A stretch of 64,000 nt of DNA from Psammoneis japonica (lineage: Eukaryota): the NCBI GenBank assembly GCA_008632985.1, contig QPGO01000030.1:433135-497134 (forward strand), in the 5' to 3' direction. The translations under genes and the position numbers were made by a program. Each line of letters starts with the position of its first letter. Position 1 is the stretch's first letter. The notes beneath the pieces were generated by a model that was not told the origin of the DNA, did no database searches, and saw nothing but the letters and a program-made list of their open reading frames with translations. Positions 46,301-57,770 of the stretch are shown here, piece by piece.

Positions 46301-49300
46301 CCCCCAATTAAAGAATGCTGAGTGGGATGCTGTGCTCAGCAGTGCCATTCTGATGGTTGGCAGCACAGAACAGTGTGTGCACATTGCTCATGCTGGCAAG
46401 CATGTGTGTGAAAGAGTGATCATTCCATGGCTTCCTGCATCATTTTGAGCAAGATCAATGACAAGGTGAGCTTGTGCAGGGCACCATGGCATGAGAACAT
46501 GGGTCCTGGGGGACACAAGTGTTGCCACCACCTTGCTTGCAGGGGGGGGGAGAGCAGCAAATGACTGGTGCAAATGAAAGAAGAAACAATGAAATGAGAG
46601 AAGATGCAGGAAAGAGACAAGGCTGTTTCAGAGGTGCTCTGCAAGAGCATGTTCTTTGAACTCTGCAAGCTTCTCAACAGAAATGCCTTCAAGCAAGAAC
46701 CACATGCAACAGAGGGTGACTGTGATGTCAGACGTGCTGAACACTCTACAACAGCACAAATGCAAGCAAATTTTGGGTTGATCAAAAGACAAGGTGTGTT
46801 GGCTGATCACATGAAAATGCAACAACAACATGTGCAGAGAGCCAAAGCAAGAACACCTCTGTGGTCAGCAACAAACAAAAACACACAAACAACAACAAAC
46901 AGGTTGGAGACCATCAACACATTTTTCTGTTGCCATGAACTGTGCTGGAACACACAGGCAGAAGAAGGGTTGTGGCGCACTGGAGGGTGCTGCTGATTGC
47001 AAAAAGGTGCACCACTCCTCCATTGGAGCAAAATGACAAAAAGCCAGGAAACCATTGTGGTGCATGTTCTTTTCATTTTGCACACTGCTTTTAGCCAGAG
47101 CTGCAGTTGGGAAGAGTGCATGAAAGAAAATGATTGAGGTGCAAGTGGTGTGGCTGCTTGAACAAGCTTGCAAGGAGAGGGGGCAGCACAGCACTTGCTC
47201 CATTGGTGCTTGAAAACAACTGGAGAAGAAGTCATCAAAAAGAAGAGCTGCAGCGGGAGTGGCTCAACACCTGTGGGGTGAGTGCTGGAGGCCAAGTTTG
47301 CAAAGAAGCAAGCACAAAGGTGCCAGGGCCAGATGAAAGAGGAGGAGCTGGCCAGGTGCCAGGAGTTGGGAAAGCAGGTTGTGGGTTGATGGCCAGAGAA
47401 AGACCAAGGGGGTGAACTGTGATGAAATTTGGCCACAACAGCTTTGCACCACCAGCTTGTGGTTTGCAAGCTGCAAATGGTGGGACACCACCTCCAGGAG
47501 TGCAAGACACACACCAAAACCAACAACAATGGTGATGACAACTCTGATGACCCCAGAGGCATTGTGGGTGACAGTGTGGGCAGTGCTGCAGAAGCACTGC
47601 TTGTTGGTGAATCTCAGCTGTGCGAAAAACAAAAGGACAAGAGGGTGTGCAGCACACAATGAGGGTGACTGCAGCACACTTTATGATCTAAAAACACTGG
47701 GTGAACAAAGCAAAAATGAGTGATCCTGGGCAACCCGAATGGACAGGAGCTGAGCTGCAAGGGCACAGGAGCCCAGCACAGAAACCTGTGGCAGAGCACA
47801 CACTGCAATTTGCCAGCCCACATTGAAACAGCTGCAGGTTTCTGAAAAAAAAAATTGAAACAGCCACAGGTTTCTGCCCCCCCCCCCCCCCCCCCCCCAA
47901 AAAAAAGCAAAAACCCACATGGTCCATCCAGGCCAGGCAGACACAAAAATGACTTGGGGGCACTGAACCCAAATTTCCCCACTTTGATGCTGGCCCAGCT
48001 CAGCAAGAGTCTGTGCCATGCATGCTCACTTCTGCTCCAAAACTGTTGTTTGAGCACTGCCTTCAAGCCTTTCTTGACTTGGAGTTTGTTCAAAGCATGT
48101 GCGATCCTTGTCACAGTTGTTTGGTCTGTCTGTGTGTCAACAAGAATTGTGGGGATCAGCAAAGCACCAAAGTCTGCCATTGTGACCAAATGACACCTCC
48201 AAGGCCTGTGTGAGGCACAATTCAATCTCACCAAGGAAGGTGGCTTTGCCAAGTTTCTTTGGGTTGAGGAAGTTCAAAAATCAGGAAGATTGCACTGCCC
48301 AGTTGTCACAAACTGGGTTGACCAAGAAGGTCTTGGCCATGATGACTGGTGGTGCATGCTGGAGGGCTGAAAAAAAGGCACCCAGTGCTGTCCCTGGGCT
48401 GCTGTTCCACTCAAAAGGGCTTGGAAGTGGCCCCAATGGCAAGCCCAACATGGGCGAGCCTTTGTGCCCCCCAACCATTGGGTGCCCCCCCAACCATTTG
48501 TGTGCTCTTGTGTCCAGCATCTGCCAATGCTCAGTCTGACAATGGTTTGGATGTGAGCCAAGTTCAAGTTGCCAGGTTCAGTGTGGGTCCAAAGCAGCTT
48601 CACATGACCAGCCCACCACTGCCAAAGCCATCATCCAATGCCACAAGAGAGCACACACTTTGCTGCCACAGGCATTGGATCCACTTGATTTGATGTGGGT
48701 CAACATTGATTTTGTTTCTTTTACATTGATTTTGTCTCTTCTGCTCTTTTGCCAAGAACAAGGCCATGTCTCTGACTCCATTCAGTCTTGTGTTGCCTGC
48801 TTGATCATCCTGAATGCCCGCCCTTTGTTCTGGAAATCTCATCTCCAGATGCTCCTCTCTCTTGCTCCCCACCCTTGAAGCTGAGTGCCAAGTCACTCGC
48901 CACTTTGTTCCTGGGACCCCACCCCTCCTCTTGCCCTTGCAGAGGGTGCTCCACCACACAAGACAGGAGATTGCTGTGCTGGCCCTTGATGTGCTGGACC
49001 TCTGCTGTTTGCAACCAAATGCCAAGAACCAGCATGCCAAGGTCTCTGCCAGAGTCCCACAATGGCAAGTTTCTGGTCATTGGGGTTGCATGGGCAAGTC
49101 AGCTTTCACAGATTTCCTTGCCAAGCCTTCAACACAAGAGAGAGCTCTGCTTGCCAACAGTGAAGAAAGACCAGGTCTTCTGGATTGTCAGAGTTTGTTT
49201 GTCATTCTTTGTGTGTTGTGGCTCAGGAGCCAAGATTGAGAGTTCTGCAGTCAGGCTCTGAACTTCCCCGTTGTTTGAGCAGCAGATTCTTGCTTTTGTT

Positions 49301-50130
49301 GATTTGTCTCAAATGGGCAAATCAAAGGGAGAGTCAAGGATCATCTGCCCAGCAAGAACCCAGTTGTGTCTCTGTTTGCTGATCAACACAGTTGACCCCA
49401 CCTCATTGGTCTTGACCATTGGAGTTCAGCAGTGCTCACAATGCCGGCTGTGCCCAACATGTTTGCTTCACGAGGTTTTTTTGGCTCTTTTGGTGCAAGG
49501 TTGAGATTGTTGGTTGGCTGGCATTGCCAGCAAGGTGACATGCCAGCTGGAAGCATGGATTTTGTCATGATGTGAAATGTCTGGTGGTGGCACACTCATC
49601 AAGATTTTGGCCAGGGCAGCTCACAATCTCAGTCAGCTGTTCGTGTTTGTTTGCGAAAGACTTTTGACTGAGCACTGCCCTGCTGCTCACAAAGAGTGTC
49701 TCCAATTGCACTTCATGTGAGGCACCAATCTAGCTGGAGTGGACATCCAGTCAAAATGCTGGAAGATGCACGAAGCTTGGCACACACCAGAGCTTGGACT
49801 CTGTTGTGTCTCCTCCTGATCTCTGTGGAGTGTGAAGATGATCGACTTGTGCAGAGAGTGCATCCCAACAGGGCATGTTCCAGCAGGGAAGCCAGATGTT
49901 GGAGTTGAGAGGATGGCAGTGACAGGGCTGGCCCTGCCAACTCCTCTGCATGGTGCGGTGAAGCCTTGAGGCTCAGAAGATTGAAGCAGCAACAACACCA
50001 CATTGGTGAACCACCGCTTGCAACAGCTGGGCCTGGACCAGCTTCGATGCAAAATGAAGCGACATGAACCTGAGAAACATTCTCTCCGCTGCTGCAGCTG
50101 CTAGAGACTTTTGGTTTCTCTTTTCCGATC
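43364..50130. mobile_element. Island 2: ~6.8-kb degenerate, TpA/CpG-depleted insertion with candidate terminal inverted repeats; coding content unidentified
   Basis: GATCGGAAAAG (43364-43374) and CTTTTCCGATC (50120-50130) coincide with the compositional borders; only about a dozen TpA inside. Confidence 0.65.
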
Positions 50131-50393
50131 TTCTCGCACCGAAAGCTAGCATGGGGGATCGGTTATTGGCAAATGAAGAAAATGGCTCAGGAATCGTTCG
50201 AGGGTAACTTTGGTCAAAATTATGTAGTATGGTTATTTACAAAACAACTTCGTGACGTCCAAGCTTTCGAAACACAACATCCAAAAAGTTGTCTACCTTT
50301 AGCGCTGTGTCTACACGATATATCGCACCGGTAGACAGTCCCACGTACACAATTTTCGCTACACAATGCAATCCCATAGTTGTTACGATCTTT

Positions 50394-50900
50394 CTACGAC
50401 TCGGCGACCTCCTCAAAGTTTCCCTCCACGAGATCAGGGACATCATCATCATCGTCATCATCATCCTCGACACCCTCAACTCCTGGAACTCCACCCTGCG
50501 CTTGAGCCTGAGCGGCGATGCTTTGGAGTTGAGAGAGATTGTCCATGCCGAGCTGCGAAACAATACCGGGGAGAAGGTCCTGCAACGGCTTCGTTTCGGA
50601 GTGCCCCGAAATGATGTAGGTGTTAGCAGCGAGGGACGCCTGGACCTTTGGATTGACGAAATGAATGATATTTCCGTCTTCCTTGAAAAGGTTAACTTCC
50701 TCAATGCCGGGAATGTTGGTAGCTCCCAGCTTCTTCAGCGCGGCTCCCAGCTTTTGATCTGATTGCGCTGCGGAACTACGTGATGCAACCTTCTTCTTAC
50801 GGCGAACAGATCCCTTACCGCCCGTGGATGTCGAAGCTCCGCCAAATCGTTTTGCAATCATTCTCTGCCGAGCTTCGGCCATTTCTGCAGCGTCCACCAT
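50394..50900 (-). CDS. BTF3: Nascent polypeptide-associated complex beta subunit (BTF3/EGD1)
   Basis: TGGKGSVRRKKK, LKKLG..NIPGIEEVNLFK, IHFVNPKVQAS..ANT, LPGI..QLG and DVPDLVE.NFE motifs. Confidence 0.93.
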   Translation of the reverse strand: MVDAAEMAEARQRMIAKRFGGASTSTGGKGSVRRKKKVASRSSAAQSDQKLGAALKKLGATNIPGIEEVNLFKEDGNIIHFVNPKVQASLAANTYIISGHSETKPLQDLLPGIVSQLGMDNLSQLQSIAAQAQAQGGVPGVEGVEDDDDDDDDVPDLVEGNFEEVAES

Positions 50901-51877
50901 CTTGATCCGTTAAAATGCAGGAGATAGAGGGGAGAAATCCACAAAGGAATCTATTCGTTGGTTTGGAGTTCTAGAAAACCACCCAAAACAAAATAACAGA
51001 AAACGCAATCGTTAGTCTTCGGCTCCTAAAAGATGTACTGCATCACACTCAAAGCACTTCTGAAACCGGTCTGTTCACTGTTCCCTCCGAGACGAAAAAT
51101 TCCGTCGGCGTCAATTCAGCGTGACGGCTCTAACAACTGAGAAATAACAACACCGCAAACAATAATGAGCATCTCTTTTAAAGACACTCGTTGTGGTGCG
51201 TGTATCATCCGTCTTCTCATTTGTCAAGGAGCGCCATGGGCATCAACATACCTCTTGAGTTTTCACTGCCTCCGCTGGGAGCACCGTACAGCTTGTACTG
51301 CGATCTACGCGGATCCACGGGGGCGAGATGTAGGGCGGGAATAAATAGGTGATGAGTGTAGTAAGTGGTACAGTCCTACGAAGGTTTCTCGTAAGTAAAT
51401 TCACGTGGAGGATATACCAGCGGATACAAAGCAAGAGGAATCTGGAATTCACCCTTTTTGACGCGACATACCGTCGTCAACCTCTGATTATTTATATTTC
51501 CAGTATTTAACAGTACTTATCCATAATATTTGTATAAGTTCACATATACGCGCATATGTTATAATAGTATAAAAAAATTGTATACAAACAGAGCCAGCTC
51601 TCGTCAATGTCGATACTGTACTGTACATACAAGTACTATTCAAAGGTCATCCTCAGAAAGCCGTTAACCGTTGGCACATGAATCATCGCCATTTTATTTC
51701 CTCGCCACTCGCCACATTATTTTCAGTCCACAGTGAATTTCAAGCCTCCACCAAGACGTTGACTGTTGACGCTGACTCCTTGCTCCGATGCTACGGCATG
51801 CTATTGTTAAGTTTAGCACTTAGTTTGCCTGAAGTGAAGCACATACGACCATTTCGACAACTGATCAAACATCAAAA

Positions 51878-54800
51878 ATGTCGCATCCAGACGAAGTGGC
51901 GCGAGTGCGATCTTTTTCTTCTTTTCGCCGACGGCAAGTGACAATTGAGATTCTCAGCACCGATGACGAAGAATCGCTCGAAACGGAGTCGTTCTCAGAC
52001 GTAGATGAGCTGGACAGTGTGACTGACAACGACGGAGCGAGTTACTCAGAAGCTTCGAAATCGTCCTCCTCGGACGACACTGATCTAACAGAAGCCACCA
52101 GAGAGAAAGACGCAGCCCACCCACACCGCAGCACGCATCTTGCTTGTATGTTTGACAAACTTCACGTCGGTTCACCTCAACTCTGCAGTCCACTCACTGC
52201 GGAAAACTCGGTTGGAGACAAAGACGAGGATTCCCGCACTGGATGGATGTTAGCTGCAGGTACACAAGATTCATTTGCAATCGTGCGACAAGAGCAAAAT
52301 GAGATTTCTTCTATGGCACAGTCAGAGAGTGAAGCCCTCCATCAAGGGCATGGGTGTTTTGACCTTCCTTTGCCATCTTCGTCGTCATCATCAGCATGCT
52401 CGACAAAGTCTGGCTCAACTGGCGAAACTAGGATACGCACCCCACAGAGCTTTGGAACGAAATGCCCCCCCAAACTCTTTGACGCGGCAGATCAAAAAGT
52501 CTTGGTTACATTCAGTACCCCTCGTTCGCAAACCACAAAGGAAGACCAGATGTGTCCAGACAGTTCACGTTCTCTTTCAAGTCACTGCGATACCTCATAT
52601 TCCAAGCAGCAGCAAGATCATCGTGAAAGGGGCTTACACAACGATACAAGTTTATCCGGTAGATTCAGAGATAGCTTCTGCATTAGCGCATCGAGGTCAA
52701 ACGACTGCGACGAATCATTTGAGGCGAAAGAATCAAACCACACGGAGATGATGGTTCTGAATGAGGAATACGAAGAATTTGTTTTGCCGGACCACTCATC
52801 TTCAGAATCTTCTTCCTCCTCTTCTTTTTCCAATGATAATTCGTTTTCTCCACACGACGACATGCCTGAAAGATGCGAAACAAATGACGAGACGTCAATA
52901 TCGACCGAGGGATTCGAGATGGAGGAAATCAAAACAGATTCCGGCACACAGTCTCTTCCATCCGAAGGCGTTGACGACGACTCGGTCACAGTCAATAGGC
53001 AAGAACACCTCAACTACACCAAAAGCAAACAAGAAAGCTATTTGCGTCTTGTCGATACACCGTCGTCGACTTCATCTTTCTTATATTCGGAACCCTACGC
53101 TCGAACGAGCATTATAGATTTGTCTTCTCCGACTCCACCTCGAAAGTGTAAGTTGGTTGAGACGGACGAAGAAAAAGAAGTGAGATACGCCAAGTGCAAA
53201 CAAGAAAGAGATTTGTGCCTTGTCGATACGCCGCCGTCGACTTCGATTGAGACGAACGAAGGAAAAGAAGTGAGATACGCCGAGTGCAAACAAGAAAGCG
53301 ATTTGGGGCTTGTCCACACGCCGTATTTGACTTCATCTTCCTTATATTCGGAACCCTGCGCTCGAACGAGCATTGTAGATTTGTCTTCTCCGACTCCACC
53401 TCGACAGCGTAAGTTGGTTGATACGACCGAAGAAAGAGACGTGAGATACGCCAAGTGCAAACAAGAAAGTGATTTGTCTCTTGCCAATACGCCGTCGTCG
53501 TCTTCGGTTGAGACGAACGAAGGAAAAGAAGTGAGACACGCCGAGTGCAAACAAGAAAGCGATTTGTGTCTTGTCGATACGCCGTTGTCGAATTCATCTT
53601 CCTTATATTCGGAACCCTGCGCTCGAACGAGCATTGTGGATTTGTCTTCTCCGACTCCACCTCGACAGTGTAAGTTGGTTGATACGACCGAAGAAAATGA
53701 AGTGAGATCACAGTTTGAGGGCGAGAACACACCAACTCTGGATAGACCCGTTGCACCCGTCAACAGGGAGAAAAAGGATCAGACCCGGTGTGAAATCAAT
53801 CTGACTGACCAATTGACGACTTCCCCCCTTCGATTAGCGACCAAGAGAGTTGGAACACAAACAGTCCCTGAGATTGTGGACAGTGACCGATACGAAGACG
53901 CGTTCGACGAATCAGCTTGGACACTTGACGATTTTACTGATACAATGTACCTCTCATCACATTCATCACCAGAGAACAAAATCACCTGGCCCGACATTAG
54001 CGTTCCCTGCGAGCTTTTTGAGAGATTGTATCCTCACCAGAAAGTTGGAGTGCAGTGGATGGCAAGTTTATTTTCAGGAGGGATTGGTGGGGTTCTCGGT
54101 GATGATATGGTAGGATAGCCAGCTTCATTCGCGTGGTTGCTGTTTTGAACAATGTTGCTAATATTGTCCTTGTCACGAACAAACGCACAGGGTATGGGAA
54201 AAACTTACCAGACTCTCACATACATTGGTGGGCTTATGAGGACCGGCGCGATACGCAACGCCCTGATTGTTGCTCCTCTTTCGGTGCTTATCACTTGGGA
54301 AAGAGAAGCTTCCTTCATCATCAAAGAGCACTGTGTGCCACGCGTTGCGATTTCTGTTGTGTCGAGCGATGTTCAGAAGAGTCGCCGACGAAACATTTTA
54401 TTAGATGCGTTGCATTGGTGAGTGCGGTAGATGTTTTTCAGTGCAGTTGCTAGTTCGCCCTAAAATTCTTTTCATTCAAATTCAAATTCAGTTCTACAGA
54501 AGATCCACACATTGTTATCACCACATACGGAGTGGTTAAGTCAAGCGAGCTTGATTTCCTGCCTGAAGAAGAGAAGGCAACGGAATGGGACGTTCTAGTG
54601 TTGGATGAAGGTACCCACACGTCTGCAGCGTCTTGTTGAGATCTTCACGAACTACCAATTTGAGATGTCGTCTACTCACATGTTCGTTGTCACTTGTGTA
54701 AAAGGGCATATGATCAAAAACCCCTCCGCTGTTGTCAGCAAATCATGCAGAAGAATCTGTCAAAGTGCCAAGACTCGGCGACTGCTACTGAGTGGAACGC

Positions 54801-56228
54801 CAATCCAGAACAACTTGAAAGGTGGGTACAAGATTCCTCTTTTTGAAAATCATCCTTCCGTTGCTAACCTTTCTTGGTCGTTAACAGAGCTCTGGGCTTT
54901 GTTTGATTGGGCAACGTCTGGCAAACTGTTGGGGAAACTGGCTACATTTGAGAAGCATTTTGCAAAGCCAATCGAGGAAGGAAGAGATAAAGGCGCGACG
55001 GAGTGGACAATGAAACTTGCAGAGAAGCAAAACAGAGAATTACAAAATCTGCTCCGTCCGTATTTCCTTCAGCGGACAAAGGAATCAACCATTAGCCACT
55101 TGCTCCCAACCAAACGAGAGCTTGTAGTTTGGACTCAAATATCCAGAAAGCAACGGGCTCTGTACGAAGACTATTTGAGGGGAGAAAAGGTTACATCTGT
55201 GCTAGGTGGGGAAGTGTCTTCGCCCCTTGAAGCAATCAGCTGGCTGAAGAACCTTTGCGGCCATCCTCGTCTAGTTCAGTCGAAAAAGGATAGCGCAATG
55301 CACCTAGACGATCGCAAGAACTTAGTCGACGACAGCGTCAAGCTCGGGATCCTTGTATCACTTATCGATAGATTGAAAAAATCAGGGCATCGTACGCTTG
55401 TCTTTTCTCAGAGCACAAAGATGCTGGACATCATTGAACATGTACTGTGCGACAGAGTAAAACTGCTGCGAATTGACGGTTCAACAAAGCAGGTAGATAG
55501 ACAGAGACGGGTGGATGACTTCAACGATCCGCGGGGGAACAATGAAGTCCTTCTTGTTTCTACACGTGCAGGTGGACTCGGATTAACTCTCACGGGTGCA
55601 GATCGTTGCGTTGTTTACGATCCAAGCTGGAATCCGGCAGAAGACTCCCAGGTACGGAAGTCGACAGCTTTCATTTTATCCAGTGCAGCAGTCTACTAGT
55701 CTTACCGGTTATTCACCTTTTGGCTTTATCTCTTCGTTTCTCTTCATTCAGGCGGTTGATCGGTGTTACCGGATTTCACAGACCAGAGCCGTGACTGTAT
55801 ATCGTCTCATTGCTGCTGGAACAGTTGAGTCGAAAATGTACGAAAAACAGGTCCATAAGGATGGCATTCGAAGAACTGTAACAAGCTGTCAAGGCACACA
55901 TACCGAGAGATTATTCGACAAGAAGAATCTCCACAAGCTTTTCGAACTATCCCCAGCCGGCGAATGCGCAATGCTGTCGCAGCTCGACAACGGAGTTTCC
56001 GCAACAGGTTCTTCTGGCTTGCCCACTTTTCTTTCATCTCTCGATGGGGTGGTCGGAGTGACATCTCACGACCTTGTATACTCAGAATCTGAATTCAGCG
56101 TCGATCGGGAATGTGAGGCACTCAACCCATTCAATGGGACCCCAGCAAAACAACGCTATAATCTGGTACATTCGAAGCGCGTCCTCGACAAGGAGAACAT
56201 GATCAATCTCACGGAAGAGTTTAGTTGA
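51878..56228 (+). CDS. SNF2-family helicase, ERCC6L/PICH-like, with long disordered N-terminus; multi-exon
   Basis: LYPHQKVGVQW, GGVLGDDM|GMGKT, LDE|GHMIKNP, LLSGTPIQNNL, LVFSQSTKMLD, RIDG, GGLGLTLTGADR, YDPSWNPAEDSQ|AVDRCYRI motifs split by GT-AG introns. Confidence 0.85.
53025..53710. repeat. Coding tandem repeat, 261-bp (87-aa) period, ~2.6 copies
   Basis: TTCATCTT.CTTATATTCGGAACCC recurs at 53071, 53332 and 53593. Confidence 0.9.
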
Positions 56229-56406
56229 AAGCGTAGTAAAGGTATTGCAATTTCAAGGCAAATATTTACTTGTAGAAGAACTTTTATGTAGACTATTGCC
56301 GGTATGACTAATCAAGTCGTAAGTCAATCAACACCTCCACTCAATTGACATATTGATCTGCAAATCAAATTGTAAAATTGAAGATGCGTATGTCCAACGT
56401 CAACAA

Positions 56407-57171
56407 TTACTCACTTCCAAAGTGTCCACCCCTGCCGAGCGCAAAATTGGAGAGTACCTTGATGGTCTCTTCCTTTTGATCGAGAAGAATCTTGACAATA
56501 TCTTTGATGGAGATCATGCCAACAATCTTTTTGTCCGCGTCGACAAGCGGCAAGTGACGAATATCCTTGGACAACATCATTTGCATGCACTCTTCAACAG
56601 AGTCCTCAGGAGAGGCAGTGATCAGATTAGAAGATTTGGTAGAGATCTCTTTGACTTTTGTTTCTTTTGACGTCCTTCCCAGGAGGGCGATCTTGGATAC
56701 ATAGTCACGCTCACTGACGATTCCAGTAATGTTTCCTTCAATGACAAAAAGCAAAATATGTTTGAGAGAAATATTTGTGGTATTTTCGCCGGCACTCAGC
56801 AATTGTCGAGCACAAAGCACAGCAGAGAAAAACACAAAATTACAAAAAATCAGCATGGCTGCGTAGAGTCGCGTAAAAACGAACGTACCAGCATCGTCAA
56901 CCGTGACAAGGCAACCAATGTTGAAAGCGGCAAAGCGTTGAACCATGTCGTACACGGTGCTTTCATCGTTAATGGTGTAATCAATCTCAACGTAGCAACT
57001 CTTCTTCCAGGCGTCATCGGCATTCTTGGCCTCACTCACGCTGGAAAAGGAACGACGCGAGAAAGTAGTGTTTCCCACCGAGATCACTGACGGCTTTGCA
57101 AACCCCGTGGCCTGGCGATACGCAATAGGGCGGGCCTGGCGGAGAACGGATGTGGCTACTCGACTCAACAT
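56407..57171 (-). CDS. CBS-domain pair protein with mitochondrial-type presequence; stop-free 153-bp intron 56736-56888
   Basis: MLSRVATSVLRQARP presequence; NIGCLV, GIVSERDY, IRHLPLVD and GMISIKDIVK motifs. Confidence 0.85.
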   Translation of the reverse strand: MLSRVATSVLRQARPIAYRQATGFAKPSVISVGNTTFSRRSFSSVSEAKNADDAWKKSCYVEIDYTINDESTVYDMVQRFAAFNIGCLVTVDDAGTFVFTRLYAAMLIFCNFVFFSAVLCARQLLSAGENTTNISLKHILLFVIEGNITGIVSERDYVSKIALLGRTSKETKVKEISTKSSNLITASPEDSVEECMQMMLSKDIRHLPLVDADKKIVGMISIKDIVKILLDQKEETIKVLSNFALGRGGHFGSE

Positions 57172-57770
57172 GGTTATTCCAAAAGCTGTTGACAAGGAAG
57201 ATATGGGAGAAAGACACCAACGTTGTTGTCGAAGAATGACATGCGATGATCGAATTCTTCGTTTCCCGCCATGTTCTTCGTGGAAGCATCTACGCACGTT
57301 GAATCTACGGGGCAACAATACCGCATTGGATTTTCGCGCCTTCGGGTGCGCGGCATGGGAAAGCTCCGCGGAACGCGTCTTCAATTTGTCGTAGAACTTG
57401 TACCAAGCCGTACGTAGAAACCGAATTGTACGACAGCTTGTCCGAGCGACCAAGAAATGTGTGTCTCGGGGTACGCACATCTACCGCGTATTCAGGAAAT
57501 GGTCATCAATTCTGTGTCAGCCAACCTCTAGTATCATAGCTACTAGAGAGAGTAGAGGCCCTACCTAGCTAGAGAGAGAGAGCTCCTACTATCGCTTGGT
57601 GCTCTAAAGAGCTGCTCAGGATATATGACAGAAGTAAAAATGCAAGTTAGTGTAGTTAGCAGAGATGGCCGAGACCACCCGAGGCCGCAGACCATTCCTG
57701 ATCACACCAATCCTTCCTCATGCGAGCTCCTTCTTCATTTTAACTACAATATTCACTTCACAACAACAGG

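Noticed and set aside
47845..47910. A10/C~22/A8 homopolymer runs as a functional element such as a G-quadruplex or PPT
   Set aside because: Isolated simple runs within a decayed element; length is unreliable in this assembly and no LTR is adjacent.
43364..50130. Cys-rich secreted or metal-binding protein cluster
   Set aside because: Cys/His/Gln/Trp richness appears in every frame and follows from TG/CA saturation; no coherent intact gene.
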